A stretch of DNA of 64,000 nt, taken from Tricharina praecox. Its lineage: Eukaryota. The stretch is taken from assembly GCF_024521635.1 (NCBI RefSeq), contig NW_026250404.1, forward strand, positions 2,046,001 through 2,110,000, read 5' to 3'. The notes beneath the pieces were generated by a model. That model saw only the letters and a program-made list of their open reading frames with translations, had not been told where the DNA came from and ran no database searches. The position numbers and the translations under genes are program-made. Positions 51,728 to 63,996 of this stretch are shown here, piece by piece (positions within the stretch are counted from its first letter, which is position 1; the number at the start of each line of letters is the position of its first letter).

Positions 51728-54700
51728 TTACGTTTCAAGGCATTGATATAGGTACTCACAAGTAGTCGGGATTGCCAGCGATTCACCCATTCTTCGCGGA
51801 AATCCACTTATCAGAACACTATCGGCGGATGTTCCCGTCAACGAAAGATAGATTCGCGCGCGCGCCGAACGTCCCAGCAATCGAAACGCGATGGGCAATT
51901 GGAAAGGATCCATGTTGCCGGGCGTGATGATGTTGCGGTATACGTCCGGATGTGACTTGCGGCTGAGGCGTGCGTATTGGCCGTGCGGGATGCCGAGAAG
52001 CCAGGCTGATTGGTAGAGGCGAAGTGCTAGCTTTTGCAGTGCTCGGGAGTCCGGCGGTAGTCGACACAGTATATATCCTGCCAGAAGTGTTGGTTAGAAT
52101 AAGCATGTACCAGAATCCAGTGCATCATCCTCCACCTACCTTCTACTGTGACATGTCCGTTTACGTCCACTTCAATCAGAGTCTCCTCAAAGTAAAAAAG
52201 CGACGCGACCAGGGTATTAGCCACGACCTGGAGCTCAGCGGATATGCTAGGCAAGTACGAGGTATTGACATGCTCGAAGAGCTGATCCATTTTCTCGACC
52301 TCGTCGAATTTGGGCAGGCCAATGCCAGTTTCGGCCAGATCGGGGTTTAGTCGAACATACTTTCTCTGCTTATCCTGGTCTCCTCTCTCGATGGCCAATT
52401 TTCCAATAAAACTCTTCCAAGCCCGTTGGCCGTTCGTACTGTCCTCTATGACTGTGTTAACAAACTTGAGCATTCTTTTAACGAACAATGAGATCCCCCG
52501 CTGATCCGCTTTAGGTACTACGGGCGGAGGTGGTACGGATGAATCGAACGCCGTTCCTATGGACAGGAGTATGTCTGGGTCTCGATTCTTGGATTCCGGC
52601 CAAAGCATTTTGCGCTCTTCGTTTGCCAACTCCGCGGGGTTGTTGAATTTGATGGCTCCATCGATGAAGGAGAGAGAACTGGATTTATGATAGAACGGTC
52701 TAAAGAACGTCGGCGCTGCGGTGGTGGCTCGGAGTCTTGATGGGGAAAAAAAAGTTAGCGCTTCTGAGTGATGCAGGAAAAGATTGACGAATCCTTACGC
52801 TTCCCACGTCTTAACCTCCTTATCCCGATTGGCCGCTCTCAGAAACTTGCATGGAGTGCCTGCGACGTCTGATGGGAGGTGGAATCGCGGTTAGTATCGC
52901 CCATAAACCATCAGTTTGGGGAGAAACGTACCACAATCCGTCCGTACCCTATTATAATTGGCGAGCAGAAAAGCCGTTTGGTCGGATTCTACACACGTAG
53001 TTACTCCCACGCGGGTTGCAACCGGGAAAGCCTGTGAACTGGAAGCCTGAGCACCGAAGAGTGGTTCCTGGCCGAATATCGACTTCAGGGCTTTTTCCAG
53101 TGACCCAGTTCTGTATCTGCTGTGGAAATATCCTTCAATCAATGTACCCAGAATAGGGGTGCCGGTGAGCACACGTTTCGTGAACGCCTTTGCTGCGAGA
53201 GTTTTGAAGTCTTCCAGGCATTCTTCGATTTCAACTTGCCGTATTCCCACGCCAAACGCTACTATTCCACCGCCGCTTTTCTCATGTCAGCCTTCCGGCC
53301 GGGCAGGAAACCTGTCGAGCTTACCTGGTTCCGATAATCAAATCGAAAAATTGTCGTATCGGTATACCAAGATCGATGCACCGCTCAAGTTGAGCCAAGA
53401 TTGCCAATTGCACAACAGACCGCATACCACCGCTAGTGTCCGAGATTGTGTCAGCTCCGCTTCTTTGAAGATGGAATAGCTGCTCATACCCGTCGAGTGT
53501 CAGAATTCGCAGCCCCGCAGTTGCTGGTTTCGACGCGATTATCCAAGGGGTCGGCCATGGATAGTCCACGTTGCAGCACAGGGGACAGACGGTGATTTCT
53601 CTCCGGCCTCCATTGATCGCTTCGGAGTAGTTAACAAAGCATCTGTCGCAGATGATATGGCCACAATACAGGATGTGCATCGGAACGCAATACAAGCATG
53701 AAAAGCAAGTAGTGTGACTCCCGGTCGCACCTGTTCCCCAAATATGTGTGTAGCTCCGTAACGTGTGATCGCGGTGCAACATGGCGACTACCTTTTCTTC
53801 GTCTTCATCCAAGCCTTCGGGTATATAAGTCTTCCTCTTCAGGTCCAGGAATTTGGAGAGGCGATACTTGAGCTTCACCAGGAAGTCCCTCCTTTGCTGT
53901 ACCTCGTTCGTATGGAAAGACGAAATATATTCGCCCTTTTCGAAGACCTTCCCTGTTTCGTCTTGGTGTCCTTTGTCATGGCATACGGCAACATTGACGC
54001 ATCGGTTTCCACGTTTGTCCCGTTTCTCACAACGCCAATGGTTGTTGTAAAAGTGAGTGAGTGTCTTCGCACAGATCTTCTTGTAGCGAAGGAAGACGGA
54101 CTCCATATGAACTGTGTCTATTGGTTAGATAGTAACGGTAATTCAAGCAAAAGGTAGTAGCACTCACAACGACCCGGAAGAAGTAATCTTGTCGCATTCA
54201 GCAACATGCTGGATGCCACCAGGCGAGAGAGCTCCACGGACAACTGTTCTCCTTCCAAATGCGGCTCTTTCTCCATGAACAAAGTGGCCGCCTCGATGAT
54301 GTGATCTTCGAAAGTCTTCCCGACTCGATTCTTCCGGGCGGCAGCCCTCAAAAAATTGAACGGCCTGTTTGCATGCGTGCAGAAATGCTCAAAGGACGCC
54401 CGAAGATATTGCTGCAGCTCGGAGCTCGAGAACAACATGCCAGACTGCTCCCGCCGTTTCCGGGAGTCCCATGCCGCTTGCTTGATCTCCCTGTACAAGC
54501 TGTCGTACTGAGTGTAGATGAGATGCGGCGGCCTGTCGGAGCGCGGAATACAGACGATTTTCACGCTGCTGAAATAGCATGAAAGAAGGTCTCCGAGTGA
54601 GTTAATCGCCTTCCCCCTTTCCTTCCACTGCTCCGCCAGCCGCCTCAATGACCCGGGCTCGTGGATTGCTGCGCTGAGGTCACCAAGCACCTTTGCTGTT

Positions 54701-56058
54701 GCTATGTCAGTGTCCCACCAGTTGAGAGAATGGGTGGTATTGTTCTAGTAACTTTTGTCAGTGAGTGCATTCTCGCCCAAAATTCGGACTTAAATAGTAG
54801 TATCATGCCTGGTTTTCTAGCGCGTTGACCGCCACTACAACGTGGGGAAGGGTGGGCTGGTTGACGGATTGTTCGAAGGCACCCTCTGCCCAATCGATGA
54901 GGGTTTGGATGTGGTTTTCGAGTGTTCTATCGGTGTCAGCTCCGATGTGGTCTTTGGAGAAGGAAACTCATGATCATAGTATGTACCGGAGCTCCTTCGA
55001 CACGAAGACGACAATGTCCGAGAAAGTGAATAGGACTCGCGGATAAAGTGTTGCGACCAGGTTCTCTCTCGTCACCTTCCCGTCCGCCCACTTGATCTCA
55101 TACTGTTGTGAGCGCTGTGCGTACATCATCTTACGCTGCTGCATCGGCGACGACCATACAGCCGGCGCGACCTGCGTTTGCCGGCTTTCGTAAATCGCCG
55201 GAGTGTTGTTTTTTGTCTTCCGCGAAGGCTCGCTGCCACTCGGTAGCGCAGCCGACGACAAAACACCCCGCAGGCGCTGCATAGGAGTTGATGATCGTGA
55301 CGTTTGCGGGTAATGGTATGGCTGCACTGCGGATCCGTCCTGAATGTCGCTTTCCATGGGCTTGCGGTTCCCGCCCTGTAGTCCTTCGCAGTCGGCGTAG
55401 TAGATCGGCCGCTTCGAGCGGTACGTTTCAGGATCGGGAAACAGATGGACATCGCCGCTCGTTGGAATATGAAGGTTGGCTCCAACTACGGGCGTGACCT
55501 CGGAGGAGTGTTTCAACTATGCGATATGGCGGTCAGTCAACAGGAAATGCTCCTCGGCAGCAGAGGCTAGAGTGGTTATCGCCTATTTCGCACCTTCATC
55601 AGAGCGTTGATCAATGTGCTCTTCCCGGCTCCCGTAGCACCCACGAAAGTGACAATGCACGGATACTGCTTCCGTGCTGCAGTCTCCTTACTGAACGCGA
55701 GATCATCGAACCGCTTGAAGTCCTGCAACATCCGCTTCCCGCTCTCATCGGCCGTGACTCCGAACCACTTTGTCGAAATATTCTCGATATGCCGCTCGGT
55801 CTGATTGACCAGATCCTCCTCGGGCCGCAGTATATCATGGATGAGCTTTGCGACGCCCAGCTCCGTTTTCTCGTGTTGTTCGGCCGTGGGTTTCCTCCGG
55901 CGGTGGAGCGGTTGCACCCTCCAGCAGTCCTCGCAGTACACCGCCTTGCATTCGCTGCACCAGGAGAGGCTTGGGTGGTCTTCATCCGGTTCTTCCTGGT
56001 AAACGCATTCGGCCGCCTCCCAGAGGAGGTGGGTGCTGGCTGTCGAGAGTGCTGACAT
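51728..56058 (-). CDS. Large multidomain protein: B-box-like Zn finger + P-loop GTPase-like domain + Cys/His cluster + RING-HC + patatin-like phospholipase
   Basis: 'CSECKAVYCEDCW..H..H'; 'GATGAGKST', 'PTSGDVH', 'YADCEG'; RING 'CFSC-x9-CGH-x2-CDRC-x~17-CPLC'; patatin 'LDG|GGMR', 'GTS|GG', 'TAAPTFF', 'IDGA'. At least 9 introns (e.g. 55593-55517, 54808-54745, 53489-53433); exact 3' end uncertain. Confidence 0.85.
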
Positions 56059-58135
56059 CGCTGGATCCGGTGGGTTTGGAGGAATGCGACATGAGTCTCC
56101 ACGACGCGACAACCAGGGTACTCGGGCTTTACATATGCCTCTTTACTCCACGAAGAAAACGAGCGAGTCACTGCGTTTACGAGGCAGTGCGCGCTTTTCT
56201 GACTGAGCACTCGCCGCTGTGCGCAGCTGCCGGGAAAAAAGCAAACGTTAATGTTGGCCACCAACCATCGCGTAGGCAGCTGATCCGCACCCGTGTTGTC
56301 AGTCCCACATTATTCAGTAAGACTGGAGACAGCGAATCATACAAGAAGTGCCGAGCATACTTTATCTAAACTTCAGACTTGAGGTCTGCCTTGGTTTTCT
56401 CCGTTCTCGGATGCATGCACTGCGCACGGATTTCTACATACCCACATCAGCAACGTGAGGCAATGCTACCTATGTGCGCCCGCGGGCGGGTGTGATATCG
56501 GCAGCCGCCATCATTACTCTGATCTCCTCCGGGAGATTCCCCAGGAAATCTCAAGTTCCGATCCCTATACATAGTAGGTATGCAGCAGACAGCATCCCAA
56601 GCAGTCGCTAGTTAGGCTTCAAGTCGCATAAATGCTGGTGTTAAGAGAGTGCGGGGTAGCTACCCTGCTGCCTGGTATATATCCCGGGCACTACATAGAT
56701 GCGGTATGCCTGTTGACGATCGTTCGATGCTCGCTAAACGTAGCGAAACGCCAAAACCCGACTTAACTACCGCCGAGTCCATGAAACGATTATGTTTGGC
56801 CGTACATGGAAACTCTAGGTATTAGCATCTGTAGGTTGGGCGGTGCGGAAGTTCGGATCGTACGTACGGAAGGCTTGCTAGAGAGAGAGAGAGAGAGCAA
56901 GGAATTGAATTGACTGTCTGCTTGGTATCTAGAGATGTAAAAAGAGCGGACAACGTGGGCGCACGGTTTATATACGACAAAAACCAGAGATGCATGCAGT
57001 GCTATACAGAACAACACCTGTCTTCCAATCCTCGAGCTTTCTCTTCCCACATTGCGAATGGCCATTGCGTGTCATATATATCTTCTCCCACATTACGTGT
57101 CCTGGCTTTTGAGTTTGCCAGGCTAGCTGTGGCGACGCACATTTCTTCAGCATCCACCTAGGCATGTAGAGTAGATGTTGATGAAGTCCACTTGGGGGAG
57201 GGGAGTCTTTTCCAAGCGCTGTCCGCCAGCATGAAATCGTAGTGTACCGTATCCGTGGGCACCGGGGGATCCCCTAGTCAGCAGATGGACTACTGTTCTG
57301 TTTGATCCTCCTCATATCCAGCGCAAGCGAGACCATAAAGGACGTACACACATGTTACCGGTAGTACTTTTCTCCATTGACGGTTGATATGTACCCAATG
57401 TACCCACTACATTCCTCCTAAGTAGGAATGAAGGGCAACTTCCCCACAACGCCCTTCCGAATGCGGCAGAAACTGTACCTATGCTCACTGGGCCCAGTGC
57501 CACGGTCCAAGCCGCCCCCGTCGTCGCAGAGCTTTGTCTCGATATCTATGTATGACGCCATCGAGGGCTTGAGTTCAACCGCAGGAACGGACAATGTGAT
57601 TTCCTGCACGTGCACGCTCACGACGCACTGCGCACAGTGATGCTCGAGACGAGGCACATGTGCGAGGAGGACGGTAGTACATGAGTACATTAAATACTTG
57701 TGACCGGCAGCAACACTCAGCTACCTATACGATCTGAGCCAGCTGGGAGCTGAGGGTATCGGAAGGTTTTGGGGGGTTTTGGGGGGTTTTCTCGGAATTT
57801 TTGGACCTACTTAGGTATGGTGCACGGGATGTGACTCGTGCTTCGTTCCTGTGATGGGCCGTGGTTGCTAGATTAGCTAGGTATTCGAGATCTTCATTGC
57901 ACAGGACTCAGGGCTGTGGTTTTGACTGTCAAGGTTCGATTCTTGCTTCCCCTACTGTTACAGAACACTCGGAATTGGTATGACTACTATTAGTATTATC
58001 TTCTCAAGCTAGAAACCCGAGCGTATCAAGACACGATCCAACTCCTCAACCCCCCACTCCCCTCTAGCACTACTTCCTTCCGAAACTCCTACCCTCTCAT
58101 GCCACCCTGGTGAAAGATTCTGGCAGAGCATTCCA

Positions 58136-61097
58136 TCAAACCATGCTCGCGAATGCCACGACCACCACCATAACCGCGACGCTCACGGCAGAAACCGCGC
58201 CCCAAATAGCGCCGAGACCACAATCCTTATAACCCACAGACACAGCAACACCGGCGACGATACCCGTAGTGATTCCCAACGCCACGACAACCAAGATACC
58301 CAAGAAACTCAACCCTTCAACGAAATACAATCCCCACTCCGGCCCCTGGCTCCCCGGTGCGTCGAGTCGAAGACGGGCTCGCCTCCTCGGTATATACCCG
58401 AAATCGGTGCCGAGTTGACCCCGGCTCTCTCGAGAATGGAAATATCGAAGCATGGATGTGCCGCTTAATGGCTGTGATCTTGCGGCAGCGGCATCTTCCC
58501 GGAAAACGTAGTGCTCTTGGCTTTCTAGAAGCGCTGGGGCGGTGATTTCGATGTGATCGCCGTCGGATATCTCGAACTAGGTAGTAGATAAACCATAGGT
58601 TAGTTTAAGGGTTACTCTCCTTTTCGGAATCCCTAATAGGAAATTCCCCCGGCGTGTCGATGAGAACTATGATTTGCTCTAATGAAAATGCGGCCTTTAG
58701 AAAACCCCATACGCTACCGAGAGCTAGGATGGTGAAGTCATGTGGACTCTAGGGTATTGTTAGGACCGGGAGAGATGGGGTAAGGCTTACCTTCACGAAT
58801 TCGATACGAGCCAGCATCCTCAAAGATATGCAACGCCTGATGCTACCAGTGATGCTATAGAATTCTTTCCGAAACGAATCAAAGATTTGTCGATCAGAAG
58901 TTGGGTCCGTGATTTGAATCTGCCGCAGTAGACACTCATGCCGAAAACCGTCCCGCAACCGAAGCTTACTGACATCAAAGCACAGTAAGATGTATTGCGA
59001 CTCGTGGTTTACGTTTGTAGTATCGGGTGAAGTCCTAGTCTCCTTATCCTGTGCGGCTTTGGAGATCCCATCGGACTCACTCGTAATGGAAGGAGTCTGG
59101 CCGGCAATTCCAGTAGCGGAAGATGACCATCCTTCCGATGTCGTCTCTGAAGACACCGCATCGGCCATTGCATCCAAAGGCAATTGAAGCGGTATCCTTT
59201 GGGATTGGGCCACAGAATCTCCGTTATATGTAAGCTCTGGCGGATCGAACGGCCACCAAGCCACTGGGAGCGGTAGTCCTTTTTCCAGCACATGCTGACA
59301 TCTAATCCATGTACGTCGAGCACAAGACGGGGGATGAGGATTTTGGGTTTCGACGTCGGAAAGGTTGACCTCTGCAACAATCCCGATGCTTCGATCCACA
59401 ATCTTGAATGAAACGTGTCGGTCGATTGAAACGCCACCGCTAGATTCCGGACTGGTCGTGCCCTGGACTCTCTCATGGTTATGTTTCTGCGATACATCTG
59501 ACAGGGAGCGTTGGAGTTGGGTTTCAATCTTGGCGGTATCGTCGTTCCTCGTTGGAAGCAAGGTGTGTCCAAGCCCAGCTGTCTCTCCAGAACTGGTTGC
59601 ACAGCACGAATTCTAGGTACTCGCGTTAGCAAAGATGGGTATATATGGTCGATAGTCAGTTGCAGGGCTGTCTTTGCGGAATTTCGGGTCCGTAGCATGC
59701 ACACGGAAACATATGGAAACTTCTGTGGGGCATTATTTAGGCGGGTTTTCTGGGGGTAATATCACCTCTGCAGGCAATCGTTCTTCCTCCGGCATCATCA
59801 TCACCTCCCGGCCCTCTCGGCCCAACCGAGTCCGCAGGTCTTTGCGAGCAGTCTCGAGCTTCATCTTCGCAAAGCTACCAATGGTGCTTTCCTCCTCAGC
59901 GAAAAATGTCTGCGGGTAGTTATCTGCATCCTCCATTTCTAAATTGTCCGGATCGTATGCTTTCGTCGCTGGTCTTTGGTGATTCTCTATATCTTCATAC
60001 CCCTGCAGCTGAGTTTTCCCTTTAATCCACTCGCCATCAGTCGTCAACATTCTGCGATATATCCCCGAACTCAAATCTTCATTGCGGGTTGGCGGCACTA
60101 GAGATTCAACCTCGACGGCTTCATCGCTGGTTGCAGGTAGTGGTGCAAGCTCAACCTCGGTGGCCGCATTGCAGGTCGTGGGCGGTGTCTCCGAGTCACA
60201 TGAATTATCGAACCACGATTGCAATTGCTCCTCCCCCGAGTCAGTTGAATCGTCGAGCCACGATCGCAAATGTTCCTCTTCCGAAGATTCTGCCGCTTCA
60301 GAACTTGTCGTCCACCATTCAGTCTAGATGTATGCGTTAGTCAATCGATTTAATGTATCATAGTAACCACCAAGTAGCGAGGGTAGGACGTATTTGTGAG
60401 GGCAGGGAGACAGTAGGAAGGATTTTCGAGGCATAGTTTACAAGTTACCATCGGGCGTCATCACCTCTCGCAGCTGGGGTTTTTCCTCCACCGACACGGC
60501 CGACTTCTCTCGAGGCTCCCCGGGCTCAAGATCTTTGTGGGCAGTCACCGTCTTCGCCCCTCTCTCGTCCTCGATGGGTTGGGCTGCCTTCGCAATGCGC
60601 TCCGCTGGCGGGTTGCAATCCACCACCGTCTCCGAAACTTTGGCCACGACGTCACCGAGGCTTTTCCTGTCGTCCAGGTTGAGCTTCAGGGAATCAGGGA
60701 ACATATGTTCCAAGTGCTCTGCGAGGGTCTGCATCGTCTTCAAGAGCCGTTTCGGGGCCTTTTTCGACCTGTGTTTTCTCTTGACCCAACCGCCTGGTTG
60801 GACCTGCGAAGCCTCGCAACTCCGGTAGTCTGCCTCCAGCCTGCGAACATGATCACAGAAGCTGAGGAGGTCGTTCAGTGGCATATCATCCCGTGACATC
60901 CTGTGGAGGATCGTCCGTAATCGTTCCCTGACTCGATCAAATTCTCTGTCTTCCGTGTACTTCATTTCGTCAAGAATCGTGCCGAGACGGGTTCTCGTCG
61001 TTCCAAGGCTGAGAGGTTCTATGTCGCCCGCGTCTATCATGGGCCCGTCCGCAGGAGGTTTGCCAGGATCAGACGTGAACCGGTGGATGTGATCCAT
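58136..61097 (-). CDS. Hypothetical protein with 'WWPFDPP / YILLCFDV / FVK|F / WGLYFVEG' domain and two C-terminal TM helices (copy A)
   Basis: Clear intron 58790-58577 (GTAAGC...CTAAC...TAG) joins ORF 59561-58791 to the TM exon. Upstream ORFs 60323-59733 and 61097-60438 have good acceptors (60324, 59613) but only weak in-phase GAG|GTGAT donors, so the 5' extent is uncertain. Confidence 0.65.
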
Positions 61098-62053
61098 AGC
61101 TGCGACGTGTCGGTTTTGCTTTCCGTATGCTCAAAGAGAGTACATACGGGGTGGGAGGGAGGGAGGAAACGATAAAGGAAGAACCGGCGGACAGGGACGA
61201 TTTGTATGGTGGTGGAGGCCTTCAGCTGAGTTTATGCGGCTCTCTATCAATAGGTAGTCATTCTGCAGGATTCTGTAAGAGGTCTGGTTAGATTACATCA
61301 AACACTGGAAGGACGATCAGGTAGATCATCCTCTTCGGTGCTTCAATGAGAGTGGTGATGGTTTCACCGCTGCGGTGATCAGTCTATGGCTTGTGCATGG
61401 GCAAAACAGGTCTCCGCTTTGGCCACCGATGGGGCATATGTAACCATATCCCTCGGCCGTGAGGCTAGGTGCTTCTTGACGTACATCCGAATCTTGGAGA
61501 AAGTCCATTGGCCGGGTGTCGCCACGGTTGAGTCGGGACTCGGGACGAGGCTGAAACCTCCAATGAGGCCTTCCGAACGACTACTTCTGAGACAGATAGG
61601 TATCATCCGAAAACACCCTTAGAAGCGCAAACTAAAGAAGAATATCAGCCATCAGCCTATCAGTTGTGCACTTGATGCGGCAGGGTGCGACTTTGCAACT
61701 TGGTGCTGTTGCAGTCATCGCGGCACTGGTCGTGTCCATTAAATTCGGCGCTCAATGCGGCCATCAAATGTGACAGCTCCGCAAAGTCGCAGCTGAGACA
61801 GGTGCACTCAATGCGGCAACGCGGGCAGTTCCCCACGGAAAAGTCGCAGTTGTAGTCTTTGCGGCAATTGTACAGCTGTATTTCTCGATGCGTCGTCCGA
61901 TTCGGATGTCGGCCGATAGTATCATCTGCATTGACTGCTATCGAATAGGACAAGCCACTCGCGACGATCGTTTGGCATCCATCAAACCAGACGCATCAAT
62001 TGTGAGTGCTTTTCCGAGGGCTTTTTGACAATGTGAGGAGAAAGGAAGCACAC

Positions 62054-62214
62054 AGAGAGGAGAGAGGAAATGGAAGGTTGGCTGTCTGTTCGATAGATGA
62101 TGATCGAGAAAGAAGAAGACGACGACCCTGCCAGGCCCGCCAACCTTAATTCCCACCAAACTTTGATGCCCACTGCTAACCACATTCGTCTTCTCCCGCC
62201 GACGGGTGTCCTCC
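62054..62214 (+). repeat. Direct repeat, copy 1 (~160 bp)
   Basis: Similar to 63825-63996 (TAGATGATGATCGAGAAAGAAGAAGA...GCCCGCCAAC...TTGATGCCCACT.CTAACCACATTCGT.TTCTCCCGCCGAC). Confidence 0.9.
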
Positions 62215-62521
62215 TTCCTCCCTATCTTCGCGTGTACGACTACGGCGTACATCACTACTACAAGTACATAATTCACAAACCCATCGCACCCGTGAATCAA
62301 TCACCCACTTCATCCATCAGTAGTACATGCATTTTCCCGATCGCGCAACCTGAGCGAGCTTATGACTCAAATCCGCCGATTTCTCCCGTCAAATATAAAC
62401 AACCCTTCCGCCCATCCAATAACACAGACTTCCACACCGCCACACGGCTCCACCAACTTCAACCATGGCGCGCATACAACTCCCATACCAAGTGCCTATT
62501 CGCACTAGATATGCCATAACA

Positions 62522-63711
62522 TTAAGCCATGCTCACCAACGATGTGAACACCACAGCTGCCCACAAGAATATGGCACCCACAGCGACACCTATGCCAAAG
62601 TTCTTCGAAACCACTCCAACAACGATGCCCGAGACAATACTGGCAACCATTCCAAACACAAACACGATGAGAACACCAAAGACGTTCAATCCTTCGACAA
62701 AATGCAATCCATATTCCGAACCACTGAGTCCGGCCCCTGGCCGGCAGAGTCAATTCAAAGGAGCCTTCTCGGTATGTATTCGAAAATTTGACTTGTTCGA
62801 CCCATTTTTCGAGAATGAAAGTGGCGAACGAGGAGTGTATCGCTCAACGGCTGTGTTCCGGCCTCCCCATTCTTGAAGATGTACCGTTGTTGATCTTCGG
62901 GAAGCGCTGGTCGAATGATGTTGACGTAATCTCCATCGTAAACGTTGAACTAGAAAAGCCACAGGTCAACTCTAAAAAATATTTTCTCAAATTCCCAAGA
63001 AGTGAGGATTGTGCTCGCCTTCACAAACGTGATATGAGCTAGTGTCTTCGGAGATAGGCTACGGCTAAGCCGACTGGCCCTGCTATAGTATTCTGTTCGG
63101 AACAAATCAAAGACTTCTCGATCAGAAGTTGGCTCCATGATTGGGACTTGGTGTAGATGACAATCGGTCGTGAACCGGCCATGGATCCGAAGCTTGCTCA
63201 CATCGAAACACAGCAAGATGTATCGTGGCTCGCCGACTATGTCCATATCGGATGCTGTAGTAAGCCCTTCCTCAAGCCGATGTTGGGCGGCGTCGTCGGA
63301 TGGACGTGCGGGCGAACTCTCAAGGGAAACTGCAGTGATGGGGGACGCCGATCCTACCGATGGCATGTGCGGAGACGCCGCATTGCCCGTTGAAACCGAA
63401 GGTATTTCGAGGCCCCGGATGGGAGGAGGAGGCGTCCCGTGTGCCTGAGCCGTGGAGTCCCCAATGCACGTGTACTCCGGTGGATCGAATGGCCACCAAC
63501 CTACCGGGCTTGCCACTCTTTTTTCAAACCAAATCTAGAAACTACTCCAAGCACGTCGAGCAAAGGATTTCGGGCCAAGATTCTGTGCTTCGACATCGGA
63601 AAATGGGGCCTCCGAAACGACCGCAGTAATCGGATCGATAGTCTGAGCCGGAAGGTCTTCAGGAACATCACCGATAGGATGAGTAGTCGACAGATGAAAG
63701 GGAGTTTTCAT
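62522..63711 (-). pseudogene. Disrupted paralog of the 2-TM gene (copy B)
   Basis: Aligns with copy A (SDVEAQN, WWPFDPPE, YILLCFDVSKLR, PTSDR, FVK|F, FHSR, YIPRR, GLHFVEGL, 2 TM) but has in-frame TAG at 63537-63535 (CAG in A), TGA at 62757-62755, a frameshift just before 'EYGLHFVEG', and a GC rather than GT donor after FVK. Confidence 0.8.
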
Positions 63712-63824
63712 GGCTGTTGGGTGTCGATGCTGATTCTCGTATGCTTAGAGGGGACTCTGGAGTCTGTGGGGAATGTGAGGAGGATATGATCAAAAAAAAA
63801 ACTAGCAAGGCGCGGTTGGTATAT

Positions 63825-63996
63825 AGAGGAGAGAGAGGAAATTGGGGGTTGGCCGTCTATTCGATACCTAGATGATGATCGAGAAAGAAGAAGAGGAAGA
63901 AGAAGACGACCCCGCCATGCCCGCCAACTTTGATTCCCACCAACGTTGATGCCCACTACTAACCACATTCGTTTTCTCCCGCCGACAGGTATCCCC
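63825..63996 (+). repeat. Direct repeat, copy 2 (reaches the window end)
   Basis: Similar to 62054-62214, with an expanded GAA tract. Confidence 0.9.

Noticed and set aside
56100..58100. Short ORFs between the patatin fusion and copy A (e.g. 57418-57690) as an amyloid or HeLo partner gene
   Set aside because: No HET-s-like, PP or sigma amyloid motif and no convincing exon structure visible.
62755..63537. Stop codons in copy B as A-to-I-edited correctable stops
   Set aside because: The paralog has CAG (Gln), not Trp, at the TAG site, and a downstream frameshift cannot be repaired by editing.
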